From IMG/VR virus record IMGVR_UViG_3300042691_011955: DNA of 20,000 nucleotides. One strand, given 5' to 3'. The position numbers and the translations under genes are program-made. The DNA is from an uncultured virus (IMG/VR IMGVR_UViG_3300042691_011955). Lineage: Duplodnaviria > Heunggongvirae > Uroviricota > Caudoviricetes. This document shows positions 1 through 7,310 of this stretch, in pieces (position 1 is the stretch's first letter; each line of letters starts with the position of its first letter). The notes beneath the pieces were generated by a model. It saw nothing but the letters and a program-made list of their open reading frames with translations. It made no database searches and was not told the DNA's origin.

Positions 1-42
1 CTAGAAAATAACGGCAGAACACTAGTTCTCGAACGTTTATAA
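1..42 (+). CDS. 3' end of an upstream gene (partial, ...LENNGRTLVLERL*)
   Basis: Frame 1 is open from base 1 to TAA at 40-42, directly before the endolysin RBS (TAAGGA). Confidence 0.5.
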   Translation, partial: LENNGRTLVLERL

Positions 43-56
43 AATAAGGAACTACA

Positions 57-686
57 ATGAGTTTTACATTTGAATTTAAAAAAGAATATTTGTCAGAAAT
101 AATTGGCAAGAACCCATATACAGATTACTGGTACAGTGCATTATGCGAAATCCTTCCAGTATACGAAATACATACTCCTGAGCGTGTGGCAGCATTTGTT
201 GCACAGTGCGCTCACGAATCAGGTGGCTTTAAATTCCTTAAAGAAAATTTAAACTATAAAGCAGAAAGTTTGACAAAGACTTTTTCTAAGTATTTTAAAA
301 CTTTAGATGAAGCTAGGGCCTACGAGAAAAAGCCAGAAAAGATTGCCAATAAAGTATATGCGAATCGTATGGGCAACGGAGACGAAGCTAGTGGTGACGG
401 TTTCCGTTATCTAGGTCGAGGACTTATTCAGTTGACAGGTAAAAATAATTACACATTATTTGCGGCTGCTATTGATACTCCATTAGAAGAAATTCCAGAG
501 TACCTACAAACGTTTGAAGGTGCTGTACAATCAGCTTGCTGGTTCTGGGAGCAGAACAATCTTAATCAATGGGCTGATAAGAAAGACATCCTTACACTAA
601 CTAAGCGTATCAACGGTGGTACTATTGGTTTAGAAGACCGCATCAAGCATTACAATCACGCATTACACTTGTTTGTAGGACATTAA
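57..686 (+). CDS. Glycoside hydrolase family 19 (chitinase-like) endolysin
   Basis: GH19 motifs AQCAHESGGF, ENLNY, YANRMGNG, GRGLIQLTGKNNY, TKRINGGTIGLEDR; AAGGA RBS; first gene of a spanin/holin cluster. Confidence 0.93.
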   Translation: MSFTFEFKKEYLSEIIGKNPYTDYWYSALCEILPVYEIHTPERVAAFVAQCAHESGGFKFLKENLNYKAESLTKTFSKYFKTLDEARAYEKKPEKIANKVYANRMGNGDEASGDGFRYLGRGLIQLTGKNNYTLFAAAIDTPLEEIPEYLQTFEGAVQSACWFWEQNNLNQWADKKDILTLTKRINGGTIGLEDRIKHYNHALHLFVGH

Positions 687-687
687 T

Positions 688-1152
688 ATGTGGATGCTAT
701 CCTTTGTGCCAGATAGTTTTTTACTTTGGGTAGTTAACACTATCCTTATCGCTGGCGCAATTGGTACTTTCTTTACATTTTTTATACTACACAGAGTAGT
801 TCGTTGGCTTCCAGCAATAGCTCCATATCATTTAATTTTACAAATAGTCAGTATTGTATTATTGATTGTAGGTGTATATTTCAAAGGTGGTGTAGGTGTT
901 GAAATGGAATGGCGCGAAAAACTTCGTGTTGCTGAAGAACGTGCTAGAATCGCTGAAGAACAGGGAAAACAAGTAAACAAAGAAATTGTTACTGTTTACA
1001 AAGACCGTGTTAAAGTTGTAAAAGAAAATGTAGTTATCTATCAAGATAAGATTAAAGAAATAGAAAAAATAATCAATCAAGAGTGTAAAGTAGCACCCGA
1101 AGCTATTGATATTCTTAACGAAGCAGCGAAACCACCAGGGAGCAAGAAATGA
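688..1152 (+). CDS. Putative inner-membrane spanin (Rz-like, i-spanin)
   Basis: N-terminal hydrophobic segments, then a charged coiled-coil region and a C-terminal Cys; follows the endolysin and overlaps a lipoprotein gene (ATGA). Confidence 0.7.
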   Translation: MWMLSFVPDSFLLWVVNTILIAGAIGTFFTFFILHRVVRWLPAIAPYHLILQIVSIVLLIVGVYFKGGVGVEMEWREKLRVAEERARIAEEQGKQVNKEIVTVYKDRVKVVKENVVIYQDKIKEIEKIINQECKVAPEAIDILNEAAKPPGSKK

Positions 1153-1415
1153 AAAAACTTCTAATGTTGCTTCCTGCGGTTTTATTAACAGGATGTTTGT
1201 CCATAACAAAGCCGCCAACATTTCCTGAACTACCGCAAGAAATTGCAGATCCTTGCCCAGAACTTAAACAAGCAGAAAAGTCGCCTGAATTAAGTAAACT
1301 TCTTGACAGTGTAGTTCAAAACTACGGAACTTATTACGAATGCCGTGTAAAAATTGAAGCTATGGTTGAATGGCACAAACGTCAAAAAGAAATTTACGAC
1401 AAGGCAGTAAAATAA
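1149..1415 (+). CDS. Putative outer-membrane spanin lipoprotein (Rz1-like, o-spanin)
   Basis: Signal peptide with lipobox LLTG-C; Pro-rich start of the mature protein (KPPTFPELP); two further Cys; 4-bp overlap with the i-spanin. Confidence 0.75.
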   Translation: MKKLLMLLPAVLLTGCLSITKPPTFPELPQEIADPCPELKQAEKSPELSKLLDSVVQNYGTYYECRVKIEAMVEWHKRQKEIYDKAVK

Positions 1416-1416
1416 A

Positions 1417-1755
1417 ATGTCAGGATCAACTGTACACGAAGATTGGATGAATAGAAAATGGCGTCCTGCTATGGGCTGGACCTACATGTTTATTTGTATT
1501 CTAGACTTTGCTGTGTTTCCTATACTATGGTCAATTACGCAGGCAGCATATTCAGGCACGGTATCTACACAATGGGATCCTATTACTCTTAAAGGCGCTG
1601 GCCTGTTCCACATGGCCATGGGTGCTATACTAGGCATTGCTGCTTGGAGTAGAGGACAAGAAAAAATAATGAATGCTACGACAGTACCAGCTCAGACTGT
1701 AGTAACACCAACAGGGCTACGTAAGCCTGTGCAACCAACTGAGCCAGAATTATAA
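1417..1755 (+). CDS. Putative holin (resembles the GTA-type '3TM holin' family)
   Basis: WRPAMGW motif, hydrophobic helices, GAILGIAAWSRGQEK ending; position in the lysis cassette. Confidence 0.7.
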   Translation: MSGSTVHEDWMNRKWRPAMGWTYMFICILDFAVFPILWSITQAAYSGTVSTQWDPITLKGAGLFHMAMGAILGIAAWSRGQEKIMNATTVPAQTVVTPTGLRKPVQPTEPEL

Positions 1756-1767
1756 AGGAGATTTTAC

Positions 1768-1890
1768 ATGTTAGATATATTATTATGGGTAGCAGTAGGT
1801 GCATTTGTAGGATGGAATTTTCCACAACCTTTCTGGGCAAAAGCCGTACAAGAAAAAGTTCAAGCCATGTTAGCTAAAAAGGAAAAATAA
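1768..1890 (+). CDS. 40-aa single-TM membrane peptide (MLDILLWVAVGAFVGWNFPQPFWAKAVQEKVQAMLAKKEK), absent from the ORF track
   Basis: Strong RBS AAGGAG at 1755-1760, ATG 1768, TAA 1888-1890; fills the gap between the holin and the next gene. Confidence 0.8.
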   Translation: MLDILLWVAVGAFVGWNFPQPFWAKAVQEKVQAMLAKKEK

Positions 1891-1891
1891 A

Positions 1892-2203
1892 ATGAAATTA
1901 TTAACAACAGCAATTTTTGCAGGTATGATGGTTATTGGTACAGCAGCCTGCGCCAAAGAAGAACCAAAAAAAGCAACACAAGCAACACCAGCAGCCACAG
2001 CAAACGCAACTGCTCCGGCTGCTCCAGCGGATACTAATAAAGAAGCTCCAAAAACTAAACAAGTTTGCTTAGATGTACAAGGTAAAGACGGAAAACCTGT
2101 AATGGATCCTAAAACTAATAAACCAAAACAAACTTGTACTACAGTCAAAGTTCGTGAAAAGTTCGAAGGAACTAAGATCGAAGACGCTAAGAAGAGCAAG
2201 TAA
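1892..2203 (+). CDS. Exported protein or possible lipoprotein with Ala/Pro/Thr-rich linker
   Basis: Signal peptide MKLLTTAIFAGMMVIGTAAC/A; low-complexity linker; C-terminal region with two Cys. Confidence 0.75.
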   Translation: MKLLTTAIFAGMMVIGTAACAKEEPKKATQATPAATANATAPAAPADTNKEAPKTKQVCLDVQGKDGKPVMDPKTNKPKQTCTTVKVREKFEGTKIEDAKKSK

Positions 2204-2592
2204 TGAGAATCTTAGCTGCCGCAGTTCTTGCTTTATCATTAACAGGCTGTGCTACTGTACAGAATTGGATACCCAGCTTCTGGGATGATAATCAAAGCCG
2301 CGCAATCGTTGATGTACGTCAATCAGTAGCACAGTTAGATTGCAATATAGATCATGCTCCACAAGTAAAACGCATTAAAGATCATCTAGAATGGTTTGAT
2401 CTTTATAGTGAAAGCAAGGGATCACGTCAACAGGATGTTCGTAAGTTGATCGGACCGATGAAAGAAACTGTTGACGATTTTTATAAACGCAGTATTGACA
2501 AACAGGGCACCAAAGCCTACTGTGAAATTAAAAAGAAAATAATGATACTTCAGTCTGAAAAGTCTGCAAGTGCAGTATTAGGGAGATTCTAA
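2203..2592 (+). CDS. Lipoprotein of unknown function
   Basis: Lipobox LTG-C after a hydrophobic signal; TAATG coupling to the previous gene. Confidence 0.8.
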   Translation: MRILAAAVLALSLTGCATVQNWIPSFWDDNQSRAIVDVRQSVAQLDCNIDHAPQVKRIKDHLEWFDLYSESKGSRQQDVRKLIGPMKETVDDFYKRSIDKQGTKAYCEIKKKIMILQSEKSASAVLGRF

Positions 2593-2823
2593 ATGCAAGA
2601 ACTAAGAGCACTAATTGGTTGTGGTCGTCCATGGGCAGAACAAAGAGCTCAAATGGCATTGCAACTATCAGAAGCGTATTCCGCTGGACAAATTAGTCCT
2701 GATGAATATAAAGAATTACTACAAGACTTAGTCAGAACAGATATACTAGACAATGAAGCAGACGATATGGCTGTAAAAGCCATGCTGGTTACAGGTGTGT
2801 ATGGTCTACTTCAAGTTGTTTAA
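2593..2823 (+). CDS. Hypothetical protein (small, acidic, helical)
   Basis: Abuts the upstream stop (TAAATG); GGGAG RBS-like sequence upstream. Confidence 0.7.
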   Translation: MQELRALIGCGRPWAEQRAQMALQLSEAYSAGQISPDEYKELLQDLVRTDILDNEADDMAVKAMLVTGVYGLLQVV

Positions 2824-2835
2824 CAAAGGAAAATT

Positions 2836-3282
2836 ATGAAAAGTTTATTTGTATTTTTATTAGCAACAGTATTATCTGTTCCGGCTTTTGCACAAGGCAA
2901 AATGCCTACTAAGTCAGCAACATATGATGCACAAATTATTAGAGTGAGTGATGGCGATACTATTGTAATCGCCGCCCCCTTTCTACCAGCCCCGCTCAAA
3001 CCTGAACTTGCTGTTAGAATCTACGGCGTTGACACCCCAGAAAAAGGACACAGAGCTCAATGTCCACAAGAAGACCAGCGAGCGCAACTGGCGAGTAAAT
3101 TTACAACTCAAGCCATACAATCCCACCCAAAGCACCAGGTTATTATCTATGGATGGGATAAGTTTGGTGGCCGTATATTGGGAGACATCTTGGTAAATGG
3201 ACAAAGTATTCGACAAGGATTAATTGCCAACGGTTTAGCTAGAGAGTATTACGGCGATGCTAAACAAAGTTGGTGTAACTAA
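2836..3282 (+). CDS. Thermonuclease (staphylococcal nuclease, SNase-like) with Sec signal peptide
   Basis: RVSDGDT, VRIYGVDTPE, DKFGGRILG and GLAREY motifs; signal peptide ending AFA-Q; AAGGA RBS. Confidence 0.9.
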   Translation: MKSLFVFLLATVLSVPAFAQGKMPTKSATYDAQIIRVSDGDTIVIAAPFLPAPLKPELAVRIYGVDTPEKGHRAQCPQEDQRAQLASKFTTQAIQSHPKHQVIIYGWDKFGGRILGDILVNGQSIRQGLIANGLAREYYGDAKQSWCN

Positions 3283-3374
3283 CACACCTTAGGACCGGTA
3301 TTAAGTTACCGAAAGTGTGCGCCGGCTGCTGGCGCGGAGAAAGCGATTCGCTACCGTAGACTTCGAAAGTGAGC
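3283..3374 (+). ncRNA. Candidate structured non-coding RNA or cis-regulatory element
   Basis: 51/92 G+C by hand count in an AT-rich genome. Stems: CACAC/GTGTG enclosing CGGTA/TACCG; GCGCCGG/CTGGCGC; AGCG/CGCT; ACTT/AAGT. Strand assumed from flanking genes. Confidence 0.55.
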
Positions 3375-3390
3375 TTTATAAAGATTAAAG

Positions 3391-4020
3391 TTGAAAAAGA
3401 TAGCATTATTTTTGCATCAACCCATCTGTGCCGTGGACTCTGCTAACGGCATCATCAAAGCTCTTTCATCCCACTACAGTTTTAAATTATTTTCTAGAGA
3501 CGAAGTTGAACCTACCTTCTTTGATGATGTAGACTGCGTATGTTTTCCCGGAGGCTACGGTGACAGCGATAGATATGATACTCTAATGAAATGGAACTGT
3601 GACGCTGTTAGAAACTTTGTAAAGAGTGGAGGCAAATTTCTTGGAATATGCATGGGAGCATACTGGGCAGATCGAGACTACCTTAATGTCTTAGATGGTG
3701 TTAGAGCAGTACAGTACATCAAACAACCTAACACTGACACAAGACGCCCCCATCCTAAAGCTATGCCAGTGAATTGGTTAGGTGTTAACGAAAGGATGTA
3801 TTTCTATGACGGCTGTGCATTTGTTGGTAATAATATGGATGTTGTGGCTACCTATAGCAACGGTGATCCTATGGCTATTATACAAGGACGCATTGGTGTA
3901 ATAGGATGCCATCCAGAAAGTGAACAGTGGTGGTACGACAAAAAATATCTACAGCCTCACTGGCACGAGAATCGACATCACCAATTATTATTAAATTTTG
4001 TTAATAGACTATTAAGCTAA
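3391..4020 (+). CDS. Class I glutamine amidotransferase-like protein (BPL_N-like)
   Basis: FPGG, nucleophile elbow GICMGAY, and C-terminal HPE complete a Cys-His-Glu triad; TTG start. Confidence 0.8.
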   Translation: MKKIALFLHQPICAVDSANGIIKALSSHYSFKLFSRDEVEPTFFDDVDCVCFPGGYGDSDRYDTLMKWNCDAVRNFVKSGGKFLGICMGAYWADRDYLNVLDGVRAVQYIKQPNTDTRRPHPKAMPVNWLGVNERMYFYDGCAFVGNNMDVVATYSNGDPMAIIQGRIGVIGCHPESEQWWYDKKYLQPHWHENRHHQLLLNFVNRLLS

Positions 4021-4593
4021 AACAAGTTCGTAAATCTCTTTCCAATTTTTAACAATATTATATTCACAAACGTGGTGCATGTTATGTCCATGCTCAATAA
4101 GAATACTTTTTAATCCCAACGCATGTCCAACATCTGCGTTTTGCGGCTTGTCTTCAATCCACCACATACCACTATCCTTGTACGGAGCCAATGCACTGTC
4201 TTTATCTGCGCCTGTGTCTAAGCAAATAACTGATTCAATAGCATTGCCAAAGATCTTGCGTAAATTCATTTCACGCAGTTTCTGTGCATTTTTATCTAGA
4301 CTCAAACTTGTAATAACACGGAATTGATATCCGTGTTCTTCGTGCAGTCGTTTAACATAGAAAGCACTGTCACGAAGTGCAGGAAGAAAGCCAATGGCTG
4401 CAGATTCATTAAAAGTCTTAACAACTTTCTTAGCATCTTTTTCTTCTAATTCATTGTAGTGATGATGCAGATAATAGCTTTTCTTATTATCCGCTGTTAG
4501 TGTATAACCTCGTTCTTGCATCCAAACTGAGAATGCCCATTCCCAATCTAGTAGAACTCCGTCTGCGTCTGTGAGTATAAGTTTACGTTTCAT
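4012..4593 (-). CDS. HAD-superfamily phosphatase (5'-nucleotidase/deoxyribonucleotidase-like)
   Basis: Motif I DADGVL, motif II ITS, motif IV IEDKPQN. Start placed at ATG 4593 (MKRKLIL) because the promoter lies directly upstream. Confidence 0.85.
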   Translation of the reverse strand: MKRKLILTDADGVLLDWEWAFSVWMQERGYTLTADNKKSYYLHHHYNELEEKDAKKVVKTFNESAAIGFLPALRDSAFYVKRLHEEHGYQFRVITSLSLDKNAQKLREMNLRKIFGNAIESVICLDTGADKDSALAPYKDSGMWWIEDKPQNADVGHALGLKSILIEHGHNMHHVCEYNIVKNWKEIYELVLA

Positions 4594-4599
4594 AATGCT

Positions 4600-4628
4600 A
4601 TTATACAATATTCTTGCTCACCTGTCAA
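4600..4628 (-). promoter_or_regulatory. Consensus sigma70 promoter TTGACA-N17-TATAAT driving the HAD gene
   Basis: Plus strand reads tgtcaa at 4623-4628 and attata at 4600-4605, with an exact 17-bp spacer. Confidence 0.88.
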
Positions 4629-4632
4629 CAGG

Positions 4633-4638
4633 TAAATA
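4633..4638 (+). promoter_or_regulatory. TAAATA late-promoter-like motif upstream of the desaturase
   Basis: Same hexamer recurs just upstream of genes at 5390, 10189, 15163, 15227 and 18803; resembles the T4 late promoter TATAAATA. Confidence 0.6.
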
Positions 4639-4675
4639 TACTATTACACAGACACAACATCTTTTGGAGAATATT

Positions 4676-5380
4676 TTGGAAATTATCTTAGCAATCCTAA
4701 TAATGACGCACATTACTATAGTGTGTGTTACGCTGTATTTGCATAGAAGTCAGGCACATAGAGGAATTGAGTTTCATCCAATTCTAAGTCATTTTATGAG
4801 ATTTTGGTTATGGATGACCACAGGAATGACTACTAAAGCATGGGTAGCAGTGCATCGCAAGCATCATCAATCAACTGATGTAGAAGGCGATCCACACAGT
4901 CCTCACATCTTTGGTATTAAACGATTACTACTAGGTGGATGGAGTTTATATCACGAAGCTACTAAAGATCCACAAATGGTTATTAAGTATGGTGCAGGTA
5001 CTCCGAAAGATCGTATTGAAGTTTTCTATACTAGATATCACCGCCATGGCATTCTCTTAATGTTAGTCATAGACTTGTTATTATTTGGGCTATGGGGTTT
5101 TCTAGTATGGGGCGTACAGATGATCTGGATTCCATTCTGGGCCGCAGGATTTATTAATGGCATTGGTCACTGGTGGGGATATCGTAACGGTGAAACCAAA
5201 GACCATAGTCGTAATGTTGGGCCTTGGGGCATACTAATTGGTGGTGAAGAACTACACAATAATCATCACTTGGATCCTGCTAACCCTAAACTAAGTCGTC
5301 GTTGGTTTGAGTTTGATATTGGCTGGATGTGGTTTAAGTTATTTGAATTATTTGGATTAGCCAAGTTGAGAAACAGTTAA
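4676..5380 (+). CDS. Membrane fatty acid (acyl-CoA/acyl-lipid, delta-9-type) desaturase
   Basis: Three His boxes HRSQAH, HRKHH, HNNHH, plus DPHSP and FDIGW. Likely start is the in-frame TTG at 4676 after RBS GGAGA (4666-4670). Confidence 0.92.
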   Translation: MEIILAILIMTHITIVCVTLYLHRSQAHRGIEFHPILSHFMRFWLWMTTGMTTKAWVAVHRKHHQSTDVEGDPHSPHIFGIKRLLLGGWSLYHEATKDPQMVIKYGAGTPKDRIEVFYTRYHRHGILLMLVIDLLLFGLWGFLVWGVQMIWIPFWAAGFINGIGHWWGYRNGETKDHSRNVGPWGILIGGEELHNNHHLDPANPKLSRRWFEFDIGWMWFKLFELFGLAKLRNS

Positions 5381-5389
5381 TAACCTGAG

Positions 5390-5395
5390 TAAATA
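5390..5395 (+). promoter_or_regulatory. TAAATA late-promoter-like motif 4 nt before ATG 5400
   Basis: gagTAAATActaaATG. Confidence 0.6.
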
Positions 5396-5399
5396 CTAA

Positions 5400-5975
5400 A
5401 TGAAAATAACAGAATTAGTCGGCGTAAAGCAAGATTTGGCAACAGCATCCTATACAGATGTTCTACAACAAAAAGGCTTTGCTGCTTTAGGCAGTGGTTC
5501 TTTCGCTACTGTGTGGGGGCACCCCGACTTTGATTATGTATTAAAAACATTCAAAGCCAGCGACACTTCTTATTTGGAATGGTTAGCTGCTTGTCGATCT
5601 AATCAACAGAATCTTTTCATTCCACAGTTTATTAGCCCAAAGCCTGTAAAAGTTGTTCCTGGCATACTTGCAATACGTATGGAAAAACTCACGCCTGCCT
5701 CAGCCGCGGTCAAACCTATTTTGGATAAGTTAGAGGATGTAATAAATGAAGTTACTATTGAAGCTGACCGGCCCACTAGTAGTGCTAGAACCATCTCAAG
5801 AATAATAAAAGAAAGTTATCCTGGACTAGCTGCCTATGCAGCGGCTAACAAAGGGTTGATCCCGGCTATCTCCCTTATTGCCAATATCATCAATAATGGT
5901 AGTGGAGTAAATGATTTAAGCGTTAGTAATATTATGATGCGTGGCGAGCAAATGGTATTTACTGACCCAGTATAA
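5400..5975 (+). CDS. Minimal protein kinase-like fold protein
   Basis: Gly-rich loop LGSGSFATVW, VLK lysine, hinge RMEKL, catalytic-loop-like DLSVSN, metal-binding-like TDP at the C-terminus. Confidence 0.7.
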   Translation: MKITELVGVKQDLATASYTDVLQQKGFAALGSGSFATVWGHPDFDYVLKTFKASDTSYLEWLAACRSNQQNLFIPQFISPKPVKVVPGILAIRMEKLTPASAAVKPILDKLEDVINEVTIEADRPTSSARTISRIIKESYPGLAAYAAANKGLIPAISLIANIINNGSGVNDLSVSNIMMRGEQMVFTDPV

Positions 5976-6019
5976 TCCAAGCTACGCTCTTAATATAATT
6001 TATTGCGATATATAATAGT

Positions 6020-6814
6020 ATGGATTATTACTCTGTACTAGGCATTGCCAAATCTGCTAATCAAGATGACATTAAGCGAGCATATCGAAAACTTGCAATG
6101 CAACATCACCCTGACAAAGGCGGTGACGAAGCTAAGTTTAAAGAGATTAACGAAGCCTATTCTGTATTAGGCGATCCAGCTCAACGAGCGCAATACGACA
6201 ATCCTCAACCACAGGTTAGATTTAGAGCCGGTGACTTTAATAACGATCCATTCTCTGACATGATGTCACAGATGTTTGGTGGTCGAACAAGACGTAACCC
6301 AGACATTACTATTGCAGCAAAAATAGATCTAGTAGATTCAATTGTTGGTAAAAAATTAATAGCAGCCTATAGATTAAGATCAGGTAGGGAAGAAACTGTA
6401 AATATTGATATACCACCCGGTGCTAGACACGGAGACACTATTCGATTCAGCGGGCTAGGCGATGATATTATGCCGGGACAACGCGGCAATCTTTTTGTAA
6501 AAATACAAATACTAGCACATCCTGTTTGGCGTAGAGAAGATGATGACTTGTATGCTAAACAGAATGTCAACGCTCTTGACTTAATCTTAGGATGTAGTAT
6601 AATAGTAAATACTGTAGAAGGTCGTCAATTAGAATTAAAAATTCCTAAAGCATCAAGAAACGGAATAACATTTAGTATCAGCGACTATGGCGCACCAAAT
6701 GTACACACAGGCAGACGTGGAAAAATTTTCCTAACAGTCGAAGCAGAAATTCCTAAAATAGACGACGAAGATATGCTAAACAAAATTAGAGAGATAAGAA
6801 ATGCAATTAGTTAA
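6020..6814 (+). CDS. dnaJ: DnaJ/CbpA-like co-chaperone (J domain plus C-terminal domains, no Zn finger)
   Basis: DYYSVLG, HHPDKGG (HPD), [12 protein letters not shown]-terminal IPPG...GNL...[11 protein letters not shown]. Confidence 0.93.
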   Translation: MDYYSVLGIAKSANQDDIKRAYRKLAMQHHPDKGGDEAKFKEINEAYSVLGDPAQRAQYDNPQPQVRFRAGDFNNDPFSDMMSQMFGGRTRRNPDITIAAKIDLVDSIVGKKLIAAYRLRSGREETVNIDIPPGARHGDTIRFSGLGDDIMPGQRGNLFVKIQILAHPVWRREDDDLYAKQNVNALDLILGCSIIVNTVEGRQLELKIPKASRNGITFSISDYGAPNVHTGRRGKIFLTVEAEIPKIDDEDMLNKIREIRNAIS

Positions 6815-7310
6815 ATCACCGGATCCTTGGCTAGATAAAGCAGTATCTGCTTTTGATTTTGAAACACTGGATGCTAAACAAATAGAAAAAGAAATGATTG
6901 AGCTAATGATTGCCGAAGGCGGTATAGGCCTTAGTGCTAATCAAGTTGCACTAGATGCTCAAATATTTGTTATAAAACCGTATCTGCTAGAAAATAAAGA
7001 ACCGTTCGCTGTTATTAATCCTGTTATACTTAGAGTAACAGAAGATACAGATGCTAGTCCAGAAGGATGTCTGAGTCATCCGTTGCTGTTCTTGAATGTA
7101 AAAAGACCTAGGGGGTTGGTGGCCAAGTACCTTGACACAGACGCAAAAGAGTGTACAATAGAACTATACGATATTGATGCTCGTTGCTTCCTACATGAAT
7201 ATGATCATCTTCAAGGGATTGAGTTCGTTGATAGAGTATCGAAACTAAAATTAGATTTAGCACGTAAAAAACAAATTAAAATAGAAAAAAGGATTGCACA
7301 ACATGGTTGA
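6801..7310 (+). CDS. def: Peptide deformylase
   Basis: Signature motifs [21 protein letters not shown]. Confidence 0.95.
   Translation: MQLVKSPDPWLDKAVSAFDFETLDAKQIEKEMIELMIAEGGIGLSANQVALDAQIFVIKPYLLENKEPFAVINPVILRVTEDTDASPEGCLSHPLLFLNVKRPRGLVAKYLDTDAKECTIELYDIDARCFLHEYDHLQGIEFVDRVSKLKLDLARKKQIKIEKRIAQHG

Noticed and set aside
3288..3314. Hammerhead-like look (CTTAGGA...stem...GAAA vs CUGANGA...GAAA)
   Set aside because: The core deviates at a conserved position (CUU vs CUG) and the flanks pair with each other, leaving no third stem or NUH site. Not called a hammerhead.
3283..3374. tRNA or rho-independent terminator
   Set aside because: No cloverleaf with a 7-bp acceptor stem and properly placed T-loop; no U-tract after the GC hairpins.
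4571..4675. N-terminal extension of the desaturase ORF in the track (GTG 4571), and the HAD start at 4608
   Set aside because: Both overlap the divergent promoter region; better starts are TTG 4676 (with RBS) and ATG 4593.
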